Shown here: one piece after another, positions 63,091-64,000 of the stretch | Numbering within the stretch: position 1 is the first letter of the stretch | How the letters are laid out: each line of letters starts with the position of its first letter | Origin: Callorhinchus milii | Taxonomy: Eukaryota | Reading direction: 5' to 3' | DNA: 64,000 nt | Assembly (NCBI RefSeq): GCF_018977255.1 | Contig: NW_024704743.1 | Coordinates: 17,176,001 to 17,240,000, forward strand | Position numbers and translations under genes: made by a program | Notes under the pieces: model-generated | The model's database searches: none | Told to the model about the DNA's origin: nothing | What the model saw: only the letters and a program-made list of their open reading frames with translations

Positions 63091-64000
63091 CCAGACCCCA
63101 GGCCCCCCCCCACCCCCAGGCCCCCCCCCCCCCCCCCCGCCACCAGCCCCCCCCCCCCGCCCCCCCCCAGCCCAACCCCCCCCCACCCAGCCCCCCTCCC
63201 ACCGGCCCCCCCTCCCCCCAGGCCCAGCCCCCCCACCCCCCACTGGCCCAGCCCCCCCTCCCAGACCGCCCCCAGCCCCCCCCCCCCCCCCCCCCCCCAG
63301 GCCCAGCCTGGAGGGCAGTTATGTTTCAGGCTTAAGATGGTGCAGAATTCAGACTCAGATTTAGAAGCCAAGCCTTTTAACATTGGGGGTGGGGGGCACC
63401 CAAAATAAACTGATATAATAACGTTTTAAGACGAGTTTTTTTTTAAGGCAAAGACCGCAAGACGTGTGCTCTGAGCCGTCTGCACAAGTCGTGAATGAAG
63501 ACACCAGACAGACAGACACACTGTAGTTCCTGTAAATTGACTTCCCAATCTCAGCAGCCTGGTTAGCCTTGACATGTTCGATTATTGCAGAACTCAGACT
63601 CAAATTGGAAGTCATTTATTTTAACATCTGTGGGAAAACGACATGCAAATTAAGACTGAACAGAAGGATTTTCCACACGATTGTGTACCATTGTTTTCAG
63701 CCCCCTTTAGCTGTAGAGAATGAAGACACCAGATACACGTCGTTCACTAGTTCCTATATATTAGTCGAGTTCTCACTACCTTGACTTAATCTTGGCAGGT
63801 CAAAGAACGCACTCCTTTTCTTGAAGTTTCCCATTGACCGCTGGAGTGGCTGATTGACACACAACATGCATATTGTCCCTTGAAAACTAAAGGGCGTGTG
63901 TCAAATCTCAGCCTTGCAAAGGCAATCGTGTTGTGTGGTAAGGAATGAGATGCAGAAGCCTTCTCCTTAGACTTTCCTTTTTAATTAGCTTCATATTTTT

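Overview
Repeat-rich vertebrate genomic DNA. The repeat landscape (L2 and CR1 LINEs, tRNA-derived SINEs with L2-type tails, Deu-domain SINEs) suggests a cartilaginous fish; this is inference. The window holds a + strand tandem array of divergent ENTPD3-like (CD39/GDA1 family ecto-NTPDase) genes. Copy A (coding 14682-27423, 9 exons, 493 aa) keeps the apyrase conserved regions ACR1-5. Copy B (33852-53974, plus a probable short start exon at 32786-32798, ~499 aa) keeps the same exon phases, identical sizes for exons 2-9, canonical splice sites, an open frame and all 10 extracellular cysteines. However, its phosphate-binding motifs are rewritten (DAGSS>EAGTV, ATAGMR>ATTEMR, DLGGASTQ>ALVGGAAH), making it a candidate maintained pseudoenzyme. 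The start of a probable third copy is at 59.3-64 kb. Each copy is preceded by a homologous CpG-rich promoter/first-exon module. In copies B and C this module is almost identical and is preceded by a G-rich GAAGTGAGAGTGA minisatellite (~0.5 kb and ~3.5 kb). All alignments and counts were done by eye; repeat boundaries are approximate.
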